Part shown: one piece after another, positions 7,685 to 15,741 of the stretch
How positions within the stretch are numbered: the first letter of the stretch is position 1
How the letters are laid out: the number at the start of each line of letters is the position of its first letter
Source: Candidatus Coprovivens sp.
Lineage (GTDB): Bacteria; Bacillota_I; Bacilli_A; RF39; UBA660
DNA length: 15,888 bases
Direction: 5' to 3'
Assembly (NCBI GenBank): GCA_051892935.1
Contig: JBJFGS010000022.1
Location: 1 to 15,888 of the forward strand
The notes under the pieces: generated by a model
What the model was told of the DNA's origin: nothing
The model's database searches: none
The model's input: the letters and a program-made list of their open reading frames with translations, nothing else
Position numbers and translations under genes: made by a program

Positions 7685-8599
7685 ATGAAAGAAACAATGA
7701 ATGATAACTTTAATATGTTAACAAATAGAGTACAAGATTCTCTAAAAGAAACTAATCTCGAAGAAACCAGAAGTATTCTAAGTACTATCAAAGAACCTAC
7801 TATAGTAACTGGAGTAGGAGGTTCTAAAGTAGTAGCAGTCTTCACAAGTAAAATACTCGCTCAAAAAAATGGTATTATTTCAATACCATTAGAACCACGT
7901 GATTTAATATATCACCCAATAACAGGATTTTCTAATATTCTAGCTTGTTCTTATAGCGGAACTAATTACGGAGTAAAAACGACTTTCCAAAACAATCTAA
8001 ATAAATATCTTTTATCTAGTACAAAAGTAGAAGGAATAGCATCTATCCAATACAAGACATCTCTACCTAAAGAACATAGTTTTATATCTTTAGCAGCTAC
8101 TCTAATACCTATGACTATTATGTTAGATTACTACTTAGATGGTAATACTAAAATAGTTGATGAAATATTTAAACAAACACCACCTCAAATAGAAGATAAT
8201 TCCGTATTTGAAATAATGTCTGGATATGATACATCAACAGCTCATACATACTTAGAATCAACAATGATAGAAGCAGGTTTATCTATTCCGATAGTACATG
8301 ATAAATATAACTATTGTCATGGCCGAAGTACAACAAGTTATCATAATAATCATTCTCTAATATATTTTGATAAAGATACCGAACTAGATCAAATTATGTT
8401 AGAAGAACTACAAAAATATTATAATAAAGTAATTAGATTAAAAACTAAATATAAAGATCCAATAATAGATGAATACTACCTAACATTTATATCCATGTTA
8501 TTAACTAAACAATTAGCACAAAAAAAAGATATAGACTTAAGTATTGTAGATTATTCACCAGTAGTAAAAAAAATATACACATACAAAGGAGGTATGTAG
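7685..8599 (+). CDS. SIS (phosphosugar isomerase/binding) domain protein
   Basis: VTGVGGS and CSYSGTN phosphosugar-binding loops, EHSFISLAAT, second lobe LESTMIEAG...DKYNYCHGR. SD AAGGAAG favours ATG 7685. Confidence 0.7.
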   Translation: MKETMNDNFNMLTNRVQDSLKETNLEETRSILSTIKEPTIVTGVGGSKVVAVFTSKILAQKNGIISIPLEPRDLIYHPITGFSNILACSYSGTNYGVKTTFQNNLNKYLLSSTKVEGIASIQYKTSLPKEHSFISLAATLIPMTIMLDYYLDGNTKIVDEIFKQTPPQIEDNSVFEIMSGYDTSTAHTYLESTMIEAGLSIPIVHDKYNYCHGRSTTSYHNNHSLIYFDKDTELDQIMLEELQKYYNKVIRLKTKYKDPIIDEYYLTFISMLLTKQLAQKKDIDLSIVDYSPVVKKIYTYKGGM

Positions 8600-8600
8600 T

Positions 8601-9188
8601 ATGTCCTTAACATACGTAACAAGTAATTATGGAAAATACTTAAATGTAAAAAAGCACTTTGATGATAGTAGTTTAAGTTTAGATTATTTTTCTTATGACT
8701 TAACAGAACCTGATATAAATGATATTGAAATAATATCCAAAGCCAAAGTAACAGAAGCTTATGAAATACTAAAGAAACCATGTTTTGTAGCTGATTCAGG
8801 TTTCTATATAATTAATTATCCTAATAATCCAAACTATCCAGGAGCTTTTGTTAAACGTAGTGGTGTAAGTAGTAATATAGACAAACTACTTAATGACTTA
8901 AAAAATACAAAAGACCGAAGAGCATTCTTCTTAGATTGTTTAACATTCTACGATGGAAAAGAATATCATACTTTTTTTGGCAAAAGTGAAGGAATTATTT
9001 CTTATGAAAAGAAAGGCCATATATCAGAAAAATCTTTATCAAATCTATGGTATATTTTTATTCCAAATAATCATGATAAAACATTAGCAGAAATGTCAGA
9101 TTATGAAAGAAATCATCGCCACGATAATCACACATCTGCAACCGAAAACTTTATTGATTGGTATAAAAAAGAATATAAAAAAAAGTAA
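8601..9188 (+). CDS. HAM1/ITPase-family non-canonical NTP pyrophosphatase, divergent
   Basis: YVTSNYGK, EPD, SKAK, ADSGF, YPG, IFIP, KTLAEM. Coupled to the SIS gene (TAG-t-ATG, SD AAGGAGGT). Confidence 0.88.
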   Translation: MSLTYVTSNYGKYLNVKKHFDDSSLSLDYFSYDLTEPDINDIEIISKAKVTEAYEILKKPCFVADSGFYIINYPNNPNYPGAFVKRSGVSSNIDKLLNDLKNTKDRRAFFLDCLTFYDGKEYHTFFGKSEGIISYEKKGHISEKSLSNLWYIFIPNNHDKTLAEMSDYERNHRHDNHTSATENFIDWYKKEYKKK

Positions 9189-9210
9189 ATAGAGAGCATC
9201 TATTTACTTT
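9182..9210. terminator. bidirectional terminator between convergent genes
   Basis: AAAGTAAATAGA-gagca-TCTATTTACTTT. Confidence 0.8.
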
Positions 9211-9212
9211 CT

Positions 9213-10055
9213 TTATCTAAATCTTTTATTAATCCAGTCTTTAATTCTTTTACTTAGACTTTTTGATTTATCAACAGCTATATTATTAGATTGTTCAGTA
9301 TCAATCACTAAATTATTATCTTTTTCTAATTCAGGAAGTATTTTAAAACTAATGACCAAATATTTACCATCATCAGAAACAAATCTCATTCTTTCAAAAC
9401 TATTACCAAAGAATTCGTTATGTTCTAAATTATCATTGATTAAAATGCTTTCACTAGCTTGAATTAACCCTTGTGAAAATCTTTCTCTTTTTGAATCTAA
9501 TGAAGTGCCATCAATTCTATATATTAATACTTGTAATGGATTAAGACCTTGCTGAGCTACATAAGGACATCCTTCTTTTTCTGCAACTTTAAAACCTTCA
9601 AAATCTGGAACAATAGGAAAAGGCATAATTCTATGACCTTGCTTCGTCCATAATATTTCAGCTGTAGAATGCATCTTAAATTCCAATCTATGATATCTAG
9701 TTAATAAATCTTCATTTTTATCTCTTTCTTGATCAGACATAGCATTCCATTTAACACCAATAGAGTTCATCTCATCAGCAATCATTTGTCCATCAGCGAT
9801 TATTTCTTCTTCACTCATATTTTTATAATACCTAAAATCTGGAATCCAATCACAGCTTTCAAAAAAATCAACGGTGCTAGGTTCAGTAAACTCCGCAAAT
9901 TCAAATCTATTATCATCAGTAACAATAAATACTTTACTAAACACCTTATCCATAACTTCAGCTGGAATCAAACTATCAAGCTGCATCAACATCATAACAT
10001 CATTAAGTTGTACATATACTTTTTTATTACCATTCTCAATATTAACTATTTTCAT
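9213..10055 (-). CDS. hypothetical protein (280 aa), acidic, with a basic amphipathic C-terminal helix
   Basis: Long ORF. SD AAGGGGAG supports the start MKIVNIENG at 10055 rather than 10106. No family recognised. Confidence 0.8.
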   Translation of the reverse strand: MKIVNIENGNKKVYVQLNDVMMLMQLDSLIPAEVMDKVFSKVFIVTDDNRFEFAEFTEPSTVDFFESCDWIPDFRYYKNMSEEEIIADGQMIADEMNSIGVKWNAMSDQERDKNEDLLTRYHRLEFKMHSTAEILWTKQGHRIMPFPIVPDFEGFKVAEKEGCPYVAQQGLNPLQVLIYRIDGTSLDSKRERFSQGLIQASESILINDNLEHNEFFGNSFERMRFVSDDGKYLVISFKILPELEKDNNLVIDTEQSNNIAVDKSKSLSKRIKDWINKRFR

Positions 10056-10126
10056 AAACTTCTCCCCTTGTAAAAAGTATAATACCATAAAAAAATTAAT
10101 AAACAACTTTTTTCATATAATTTTAT

Positions 10127-10489
10127 ATGAATAATATTACATCAAAAATTAATGAATTAGAATTTGAAAAAATATTATGGCTAATATTTATCTTTATATC
10201 TGCCTTAAATATATATGGTGATAACATTGAAGAACTATTTCTAATAAATAACGATAAACAATTAGAAGATAATGTCAAAAAAATCTTTACACTTACCGTC
10301 TTCATTTCTTTATTAATATATTTATACTTTGGATATCGAAATTATCGATATACCCAAAATAAAGTAGGAGAAGATTATACATTATCATGTATTCGTTTTG
10401 CAGGAAGTATACTAATTATAGTAGGAACTTTACTCATTTTGTATTATAATATTAAGGAACAAGAACCAGTTGGAACACCAACTATTTAG
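10127..10489 (+). CDS. small membrane protein (about 3 TM helices), function unknown
   Basis: Three hydrophobic stretches. No SD seen; TATAAT ends 5 nt before the ATG, so it may be leaderless. Confidence 0.75.
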   Translation: MNNITSKINELEFEKILWLIFIFISALNIYGDNIEELFLINNDKQLEDNVKKIFTLTVFISLLIYLYFGYRNYRYTQNKVGEDYTLSCIRFAGSILIIVGTLLILYYNIKEQEPVGTPTI

Positions 10490-10499
10490 GAGAATTATC

Positions 10500-10904
10500 A
10501 TGGATGTAGTAGGAACAATGTTTTTTAAAGACAATAAAATATTAATTGATAAACCACGTAAAAGAAAAACTTATCAAATGATAGGTGGTAAAGTAGAAGA
10601 AGGAGAGACACCTTTAAAAGCTGCAATTCGTGAATGTCACGAAGAACTAGGTAATAAAGCTAAATTCAATGAACAAAATATAGAATTAGTAATGGATTTT
10701 GATGAAATAGCAACTAGTGATCCTAACTTAAAAATACATTTTTACGTATTTAAGTATAATGGTTTACTAGAAGGCAAACTAAATACTAGTGATGAAATAG
10801 AATCATTTTTATGGTATGATTCATCACATGGTACAGAAATACTTTCTAATACCTTAAAAAATGAAGTAATTCCATATTGCTTAAATAATAATCTTATAAA
10901 ATAA
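10500..10904 (+). CDS. NUDIX hydrolase
   Basis: Nudix box GGKVEEGETPLKAAIRECHEELG. SD AGGAG supports ATG 10500. Confidence 0.93.
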   Translation: MDVVGTMFFKDNKILIDKPRKRKTYQMIGGKVEEGETPLKAAIRECHEELGNKAKFNEQNIELVMDFDEIATSDPNLKIHFYVFKYNGLLEGKLNTSDEIESFLWYDSSHGTEILSNTLKNEVIPYCLNNNLIK

Positions 10905-10933
10905 TTGTTTACTAATAAACACTTATCAACAAC

Positions 10934-10963
10934 TAAAATACTCTACAAATGTAGAGTATTTTA
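10934..10963. terminator. bidirectional terminator
   Basis: TAAAATACTCTAC-aaat-GTAGAGTATTTTA between the convergent NUDIX and TetR genes. Confidence 0.8.
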
Positions 10964-11512
10964 TATAATATTCTTCATAATATTACAACATATATTAGCC
11001 ATAAAATCATCAGATTCTTTCATACCAGACATAATCCATTCTAAGAATATAACATATACAGAAGCATTAATAGCTAATATCTTATAACTCATTTCTCTTG
11101 AACTAGGATTAAAAGACTTATTAATAATCTTTTCTATATTTATAATATTAGAATTTAATAAATTAGCTTTTATTAATACTTTTAAATTTTTTTCTTCTTT
11201 TCTTGAGTATTTAAATAAGTCAAGAAAGAATAAATACCAATCATTTTTATATTTATCACGATTAGTTATTTCAATAATTGTATTTAACAAATTTTCATAG
11301 AAGTCTAATAATACATCTTCTTTATCTTCATAATTACGATAAAAAGAAGTTCTAGATACTCCAGCTTTCTTAACTATTTCGGTAATTGTTATATTTTCTA
11401 ATTTCTTATTAGCCATTAAAGATATTAATGCTACTTGAATAGATTCCTTAGTTATTTTATTAGATTCCATATTAGATAATTTTAAATATTCCTTTTTATT
11501 TTCTATACTCAT
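10961..11512 (-). CDS. TetR/AcrR family transcriptional regulator
   Basis: ITITEIVKKAGVSRTSFYRNYEDKEDVL HTH. SD AGGAGATG. Confidence 0.93.
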   Translation of the reverse strand: MSIENKKEYLKLSNMESNKITKESIQVALISLMANKKLENITITEIVKKAGVSRTSFYRNYEDKEDVLLDFYENLLNTIIEITNRDKYKNDWYLFFLDLFKYSRKEEKNLKVLIKANLLNSNIINIEKIINKSFNPSSREMSYKILAINASVYVIFLEWIMSGMKESDDFMANICCNIMKNII

Positions 11513-11574
11513 AAAATCATCTCCTATCGATGTTACAAATAAAGCATATTTTGTTTAGTCCATATATAATAATA

Positions 11575-11603
11575 TAGACAAATCTCTCAAATAAATATAT
11601 CAT
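11575..11603 (+). promoter_or_regulatory. sigmaA promoter of the HdeD-like gene
   Basis: TAGACA-17 nt-TATCAT. Confidence 0.55.
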
Positions 11604-11606
11604 AAT

Positions 11607-11632
11607 GTTGATGTTACAATTGTGACATCAAC
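11607..11632. promoter_or_regulatory. putative TetR operator (26-bp palindrome, 1 mismatch)
   Basis: GTTGATGTTACAA|TTGTGACATCAAC just downstream of the -10. The half-site GATGTTACAA recurs at 11529-11538 beside the tetR RBS. Confidence 0.75.
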
Positions 11633-11688
11633 TAAATCATACATCTAAAAATGTTTAATATCAATAGATGTCTAAAAAGGAGAAAACT

Positions 11689-12222
11689 ATGAGTAAATTA
11701 AAAGAAAATATTGGCAATATTATAATGTGTATAGGAGAAATAGTTTTAGGATTATTACTACTATTTAAACCAGTAGATTTTACTAAAACTATAATTATTA
11801 TTATAGGAATAATCCTAATTATAATAGGTCTTATTAATATTATAAAATACTTTACAACTAATATTATTGATGCTATGAAAGAACAATCACTATCTAGTGG
11901 ACTAACATACTTGTTATTAGGTCTATTTTGTTCTTTTAAATCTAATTGGTTTATTATAACATTTCCAGTAATAGCAGTAATATATGGTATTATAATATTA
12001 TTAATAGGATTAAAGAAAGTAGAGTGGACATTCAATTTAATTCGTTTAAAAAGAAAACATTGGTTTATTGTAGCTCTTAATGCTCTCTTATCAATTGTAT
12101 TCTCATTTATAATAATTAAAAATCCATTTTCAACAACTGCAATTTTATGGCAAGTTACAGGAGCAATCCTAATTGTCGAAGCTATTTTTGATATTCTATC
12201 AGTTATTTTTGACTTTAAATAA
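11689..12222 (+). CDS. HdeD/DUF308 family membrane protein
   Basis: About 6 TM helices with repeated GxxLLxxP patterns. SD AAGGAG supports ATG 11689. Confidence 0.85.
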   Translation: MSKLKENIGNIIMCIGEIVLGLLLLFKPVDFTKTIIIIIGIILIIIGLINIIKYFTTNIIDAMKEQSLSSGLTYLLLGLFCSFKSNWFIITFPVIAVIYGIIILLIGLKKVEWTFNLIRLKRKHWFIVALNALLSIVFSFIIIKNPFSTTAILWQVTGAILIVEAIFDILSVIFDFK

Positions 12223-12273
12223 GCTTTATTTTAAATAAATCGTTATAAAATAATACTAAAATCATATTAAAAG

Positions 12274-12322
12274 TGGTATAATTTAAAAGAGCCTAGTAAC
12301 GTTCTCGTTATAGTCTTTTTTT
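12274..12322 (+). promoter_or_regulatory. pyrG promoter (extended -10) and leader hairpin with U-tract, candidate attenuator
   Basis: TGgTATAAT at 12274-12282, then CTA(G)TAACG-ttct-CGTTATAG-TC-TTTTTTT before SD AAGGAGGT. Confidence 0.55.
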
Positions 12323-12344
12323 ATTTGGTAAGGAGGTATGAAAA

Positions 12345-13967
12345 ATGGCTAAATATGTATTCGTAACAGGTGGTGTTGTTTCTGGTTTAGGTAAAGGAAT
12401 AACAGCATCATCAATTGCATTATTATTAAAAGCACGTGGATACAAAGTATTCATGCAAAAATTTGATCCATATATAAACGTAGATCCTGGTACTATGTCA
12501 CCATATCAACATGGTGAAGTTTTCGTAACAGCAGATGGATCAGAAACAGACTTAGATTTAGGTCACTACGAGCGCTATATCGATGAAGAACTTAACTACA
12601 CATCAAATATGACAATGGGTAAAGTTTTCGCATCTATTATTGAAAAAGAGCGTCGTGGTGACTTTTTAGGTGGAACAGTTCAAATAGTTCCTCACGTAAC
12701 AAATGAGATAAAAGCTCGAATTTATGAAGCAGCAAGAACTTCAAATGCTGATATAGTCATAACTGAAATAGGAGGAACAATTGGTGATATCGAATCCGAA
12801 GCTTTTTTAGAAGCATTACGTCAAATGCGCCTAGAAGAAGGAATCGAAAATACCTTATATGTACATACTACACTAATCCCTGAAATATATGGTAGTGGTG
12901 AATTAAAAACCAAACCAACCCAACATTCAGTAATAGAAATGAGAGGATTAGGTATTCAACCAGATATTATTGTATGTCGTACACCAGTTATGTTAAATGA
13001 AGAAATTAGAAAAAAAATATCAATGTTTTGTAGTATCAATCATCAAAATGTTATTTCATCACCAAATGTAACTAATATATATAGTATTCCACTAATCTAT
13101 CATGAACAAGGTATCGATGAAATAATCCTAAATCATTTTAAATTGGAAATAGGTAAAATAAATATTAAAGAATGGGAAAAACTTGTCAAAACTACTGACA
13201 ATTTAAAAGAAGAAATAGAAATATCTCTAGTAGGTAAATATGTAGAATTACATGATGCATATATATCTGTTGTAGAATCATTAAAACATGCAGGTTATTC
13301 ACTAGGTATAAAAGTAAACATTAATTGGGTAGATAGTGAAAAACTAGAAAGTCATGAAATCAAACTATCAGAAGTATTTAAAAATTCAAAAGGTATAATA
13401 GTACCAGGTGGTTTTGGTTCGCGTGGTATTGAAGGCATGATAAAAGCCGCTCAATATGCTCGTGAAAACAATATACCATATCTTGGCTTATGTTTAGGAA
13501 TGCAAATTGCCACAATTGAATTTGCTCGTAATGTTTGCAACATCGAAGATGCTAACTCAACAGAATTCGATCCGTTATGTAAAAATCCAATCATAGATTT
13601 AATGTCAGATCAGAAACAAGTTATTAACATGGGTGGAACACTTCGCTTAGGAAATTATGAATGTGAATTAAAAAAAGATACACTAGCATACAAAGATTAT
13701 CAAAGCGATAAAATCTTAGAAAGACATCGCCATAGATATGAATTTAATAACAAATATCGTCAAGAATTAGAAGAAAAAGGACTAGTATTTTCTGGTATAA
13801 ATCCTCAAGCAAATCTAGTAGAAATAATCGAGTTACCAACACATCCACACTATATAGCTTGTCAATTCCATCCTGAATTCAAATCACGTCCAAATAGACC
13901 ACACCCTCTATTTAAATCATTTATAGAAGTAGCTTCTGCAAAAAAAGCAAAGAAAACAGATAAATAA
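12345..13967 (+). CDS. pyrG: CTP synthase
   Basis: [74 protein letters not shown]. Confidence 0.99.
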   Translation: MAKYVFVTGGVVSGLGKGITASSIALLLKARGYKVFMQKFDPYINVDPGTMSPYQHGEVFVTADGSETDLDLGHYERYIDEELNYTSNMTMGKVFASIIEKERRGDFLGGTVQIVPHVTNEIKARIYEAARTSNADIVITEIGGTIGDIESEAFLEALRQMRLEEGIENTLYVHTTLIPEIYGSGELKTKPTQHSVIEMRGLGIQPDIIVCRTPVMLNEEIRKKISMFCSINHQNVISSPNVTNIYSIPLIYHEQGIDEIILNHFKLEIGKINIKEWEKLVKTTDNLKEEIEISLVGKYVELHDAYISVVESLKHAGYSLGIKVNINWVDSEKLESHEIKLSEVFKNSKGIIVPGGFGSRGIEGMIKAAQYARENNIPYLGLCLGMQIATIEFARNVCNIEDANSTEFDPLCKNPIIDLMSDQKQVINMGGTLRLGNYECELKKDTLAYKDYQSDKILERHRHRYEFNNKYRQELEEKGLVFSGINPQANLVEIIELPTHPHYIACQFHPEFKSRPNRPHPLFKSFIEVASAKKAKKTDK

Positions 13968-13979
13968 ATCTGTTTTTTT
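13953..13979 (+). terminator. pyrG terminator
   Basis: AAAACAGAT-aaataa-ATCTGTTTT followed by TTT. Confidence 0.7.
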
Positions 13980-13992
13980 AATACACTAATCC

Positions 13993-14021
13993 GTATATTC
14001 TATATTATAAAAAACATAATA
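13993..14021 (+). promoter_or_regulatory. sigmaG-like sporulation promoter
   Basis: GTATA-17 nt-CATAATA upstream of SD GGAGG. Confidence 0.45.
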
Positions 14022-14037
14022 ATATTGGAGGAACAAT

Positions 14038-14475
14038 ATGAAAAAAGAAAAAATAGAAGTAAATGTTTTAGATGAACTAAATAAAGGAGCATGTATGGGA
14101 ATTGATGCTATTAACTTTATTATAGACAAAGTAACTGATCAAGAATTAAAAGAAGAATTAACAAGACAATCAAGAGAGTATAATGAAATCATAAAAAAAA
14201 TAAGTAAATTATATCCTGATTATAGTAAAAAAGAAGTTCATAAAACAAATACAATGAACAAAGTAATGACTTGGTATGGAATAGAAATAAAAACAATAAC
14301 AGATGATACAACATCTCATTTAGCTGAAATATTAATGCAAGGAACTAATATGGGTATAATTGAAGGAAGAAAACTTCTTAACCATAAAGAATGTGATAAA
14401 GAGGTCAAAAAAATACTAGAACAATTTATTAGTATACAACAAAAATCTGTAGAAAAATTAAAAGAATTTTTATAA
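14038..14475 (+). CDS. conserved helical-bundle (ferritin-like) hypothetical protein, possibly spore-associated
   Basis: Duplicated motif KGACMGIDA / QGTNMGIIE, all-helical pattern. SD GGAGG. Confidence 0.7.
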   Translation: MKKEKIEVNVLDELNKGACMGIDAINFIIDKVTDQELKEELTRQSREYNEIIKKISKLYPDYSKKEVHKTNTMNKVMTWYGIEIKTITDDTTSHLAEILMQGTNMGIIEGRKLLNHKECDKEVKKILEQFISIQQKSVEKLKEFL

Positions 14476-14561
14476 TAATAACTAAGACTCATCGCCAAAT
14501 AAGAAAAATAAAAAATAATTACTAAAATATGATAAAATAATTATATAAAAGGTGATGTAGT

Positions 14562-15479
14562 ATGAAGTTAAAATATCGAAACATAACAGTTCCATTAATG
14601 GTAAGCGATAATAAAAAGCCATTTATTTATTATGTCTATAATAATAAGGAATATAACGATTTTAATGAATTATTTAATGATTTTATAGGAACATATCTTA
14701 CATATCATTTTGAAATAAAAGGAAAAGAAAAAGAAGTTCACAACTTAAAAGAAGTAGTAGAAGCCTTAGTAAAAAATAAAGATACTTTTAAAATACCTAA
14801 GAAGTATATAGAAGAATATAGTGAAGAAGAATATAAATATATTTTTAATTTACAAAAGAAATTATTAAACAATAAATTAAAACTAGAATTAGAAAAAGAT
14901 CCCGAATTTAAATACAAAGTAAAAGATTTTAATACTAAAAAATTATATAATTTTTATAAAGATACATATGATAAATATCAAAATGTCAAAATACCTAAAA
15001 AGGTTCATTCAGATATCTATAATATAGATTATTTCGTTATAGCAGGTCGTGCTTATGATAGTATATTTAACGCTTTAGAAGAAGTATATCAAACAGATTT
15101 ATACTATCAATTTGGTGGTACTAAAAACCCTAATAATCGTACCCATTTTCATGCCCATAATTTCGAAGAACTTATTGGCATGGTATTCACAAATAACCAA
15201 TCTTTTAAAATCCATGTTTTTCAAAGACAATTCTATAGCAAACAAGAACTAGAATTTCTATCTAAATTATCAGATAAACTAAAAAAGATGAATTTTCATA
15301 GCCCAGAAAGAAAAAATAATATTGATGTTGAAGAATATTTCTATCTAAAAGACAATAAAAAACTTTTTAAACTATTATTCCACAATATAAAATACTATAT
15401 ATCTGATAAACAATATAATAAAGAAGTACTAAAAGCTCATAAAATAGGTCCTTTGCCAAATAATGTTGGTACACAATAA
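14562..15479 (+). CDS. hypothetical protein built from two copies of a ~100-aa domain; last 10 codons are IS-derived
   Basis: SD AAGGTGAT. Residues 4-101 align by eye with 138-240. The C-terminal GPLPNNVGTQ is read from the ISL3 end. Confidence 0.8.
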   Translation: MKLKYRNITVPLMVSDNKKPFIYYVYNNKEYNDFNELFNDFIGTYLTYHFEIKGKEKEVHNLKEVVEALVKNKDTFKIPKKYIEEYSEEEYKYIFNLQKKLLNNKLKLELEKDPEFKYKVKDFNTKKLYNFYKDTYDKYQNVKIPKKVHSDIYNIDYFVIAGRAYDSIFNALEEVYQTDLYYQFGGTKNPNNRTHFHAHNFEELIGMVFTNNQSFKIHVFQRQFYSKQELEFLSKLSDKLKKMNFHSPERKNNIDVEEYFYLKDNKKLFKLLFHNIKYYISDKQYNKEVLKAHKIGPLPNNVGTQ

Positions 15480-15504
15480 AAATTGATAATGAATTGGAAA
15501 ATTG

Positions 15505-15527
15505 AAGGATGGCAAAAGCCATCTTTT
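15505..15527. terminator. hairpin terminator inside the IS end
   Basis: AAGGATGGC-aaaa-GCCATCTTTT. Confidence 0.65.
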
Positions 15528-15741
15528 ATAATGCCTTTTATTAAAAGTATTCTAGCTATAAAATGCTCGAATCTTTAATATTTAACTATGATACGTTTCA
15601 TAATATTTGATAAATATTTATTCCTTCAATAATTCCGTTGTTAATTGTTATGTTAAAAGTATTTTCAATGTATTTTATATTTTCTTCAAATAATATTAAA
15701 ACTTTTTTAATAATTTCTTTTGAGCAATTACAATGTATCAA
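15521..15741 (-). pseudogene. ISL3 transposase C-terminal fragment with frameshifts and a stop
   Basis: Minus strand gives NIKYIENTFNITINNGIIEGIN / FIKY / MKRI..*RFEHFIARILLIKGIIK, matching the ISL3 NGxxEGxNNxIKxxKRxxxGxxxFxxFxxRI signature. Confidence 0.8.

Noticed and set aside
7654-8781. Minus-strand ORFs 7654-7845 and 8551-8781
   Set aside because: Antisense shadows of the SIS and HAM1 genes.
7027-9188. Assignment of the module to the Kongming system
   Set aside because: No adenosine deaminase or SIR2 gene lies in the window; only the HAM1 fold is shared.
9729-10305. ORFs 9729-10073 (+), 9874-10134 (+) and 10123-10305 (-)
   Set aside because: They overlap better-supported genes on the opposite strand and have no recognisable features.
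10905-12035. ORFs 10905-11087 (+) and 11661-12035 (-)
   Set aside because: Antisense to tetR and hdeD; the first runs through a terminator.
12174-12180. Single TGTCGAA (0A box)
   Set aside because: Isolated and inside a coding sequence; chance is likely.
14316-14498. 60-aa minus-strand ORF
   Set aside because: Antisense to the 145-aa gene; no RBS or motif seen.
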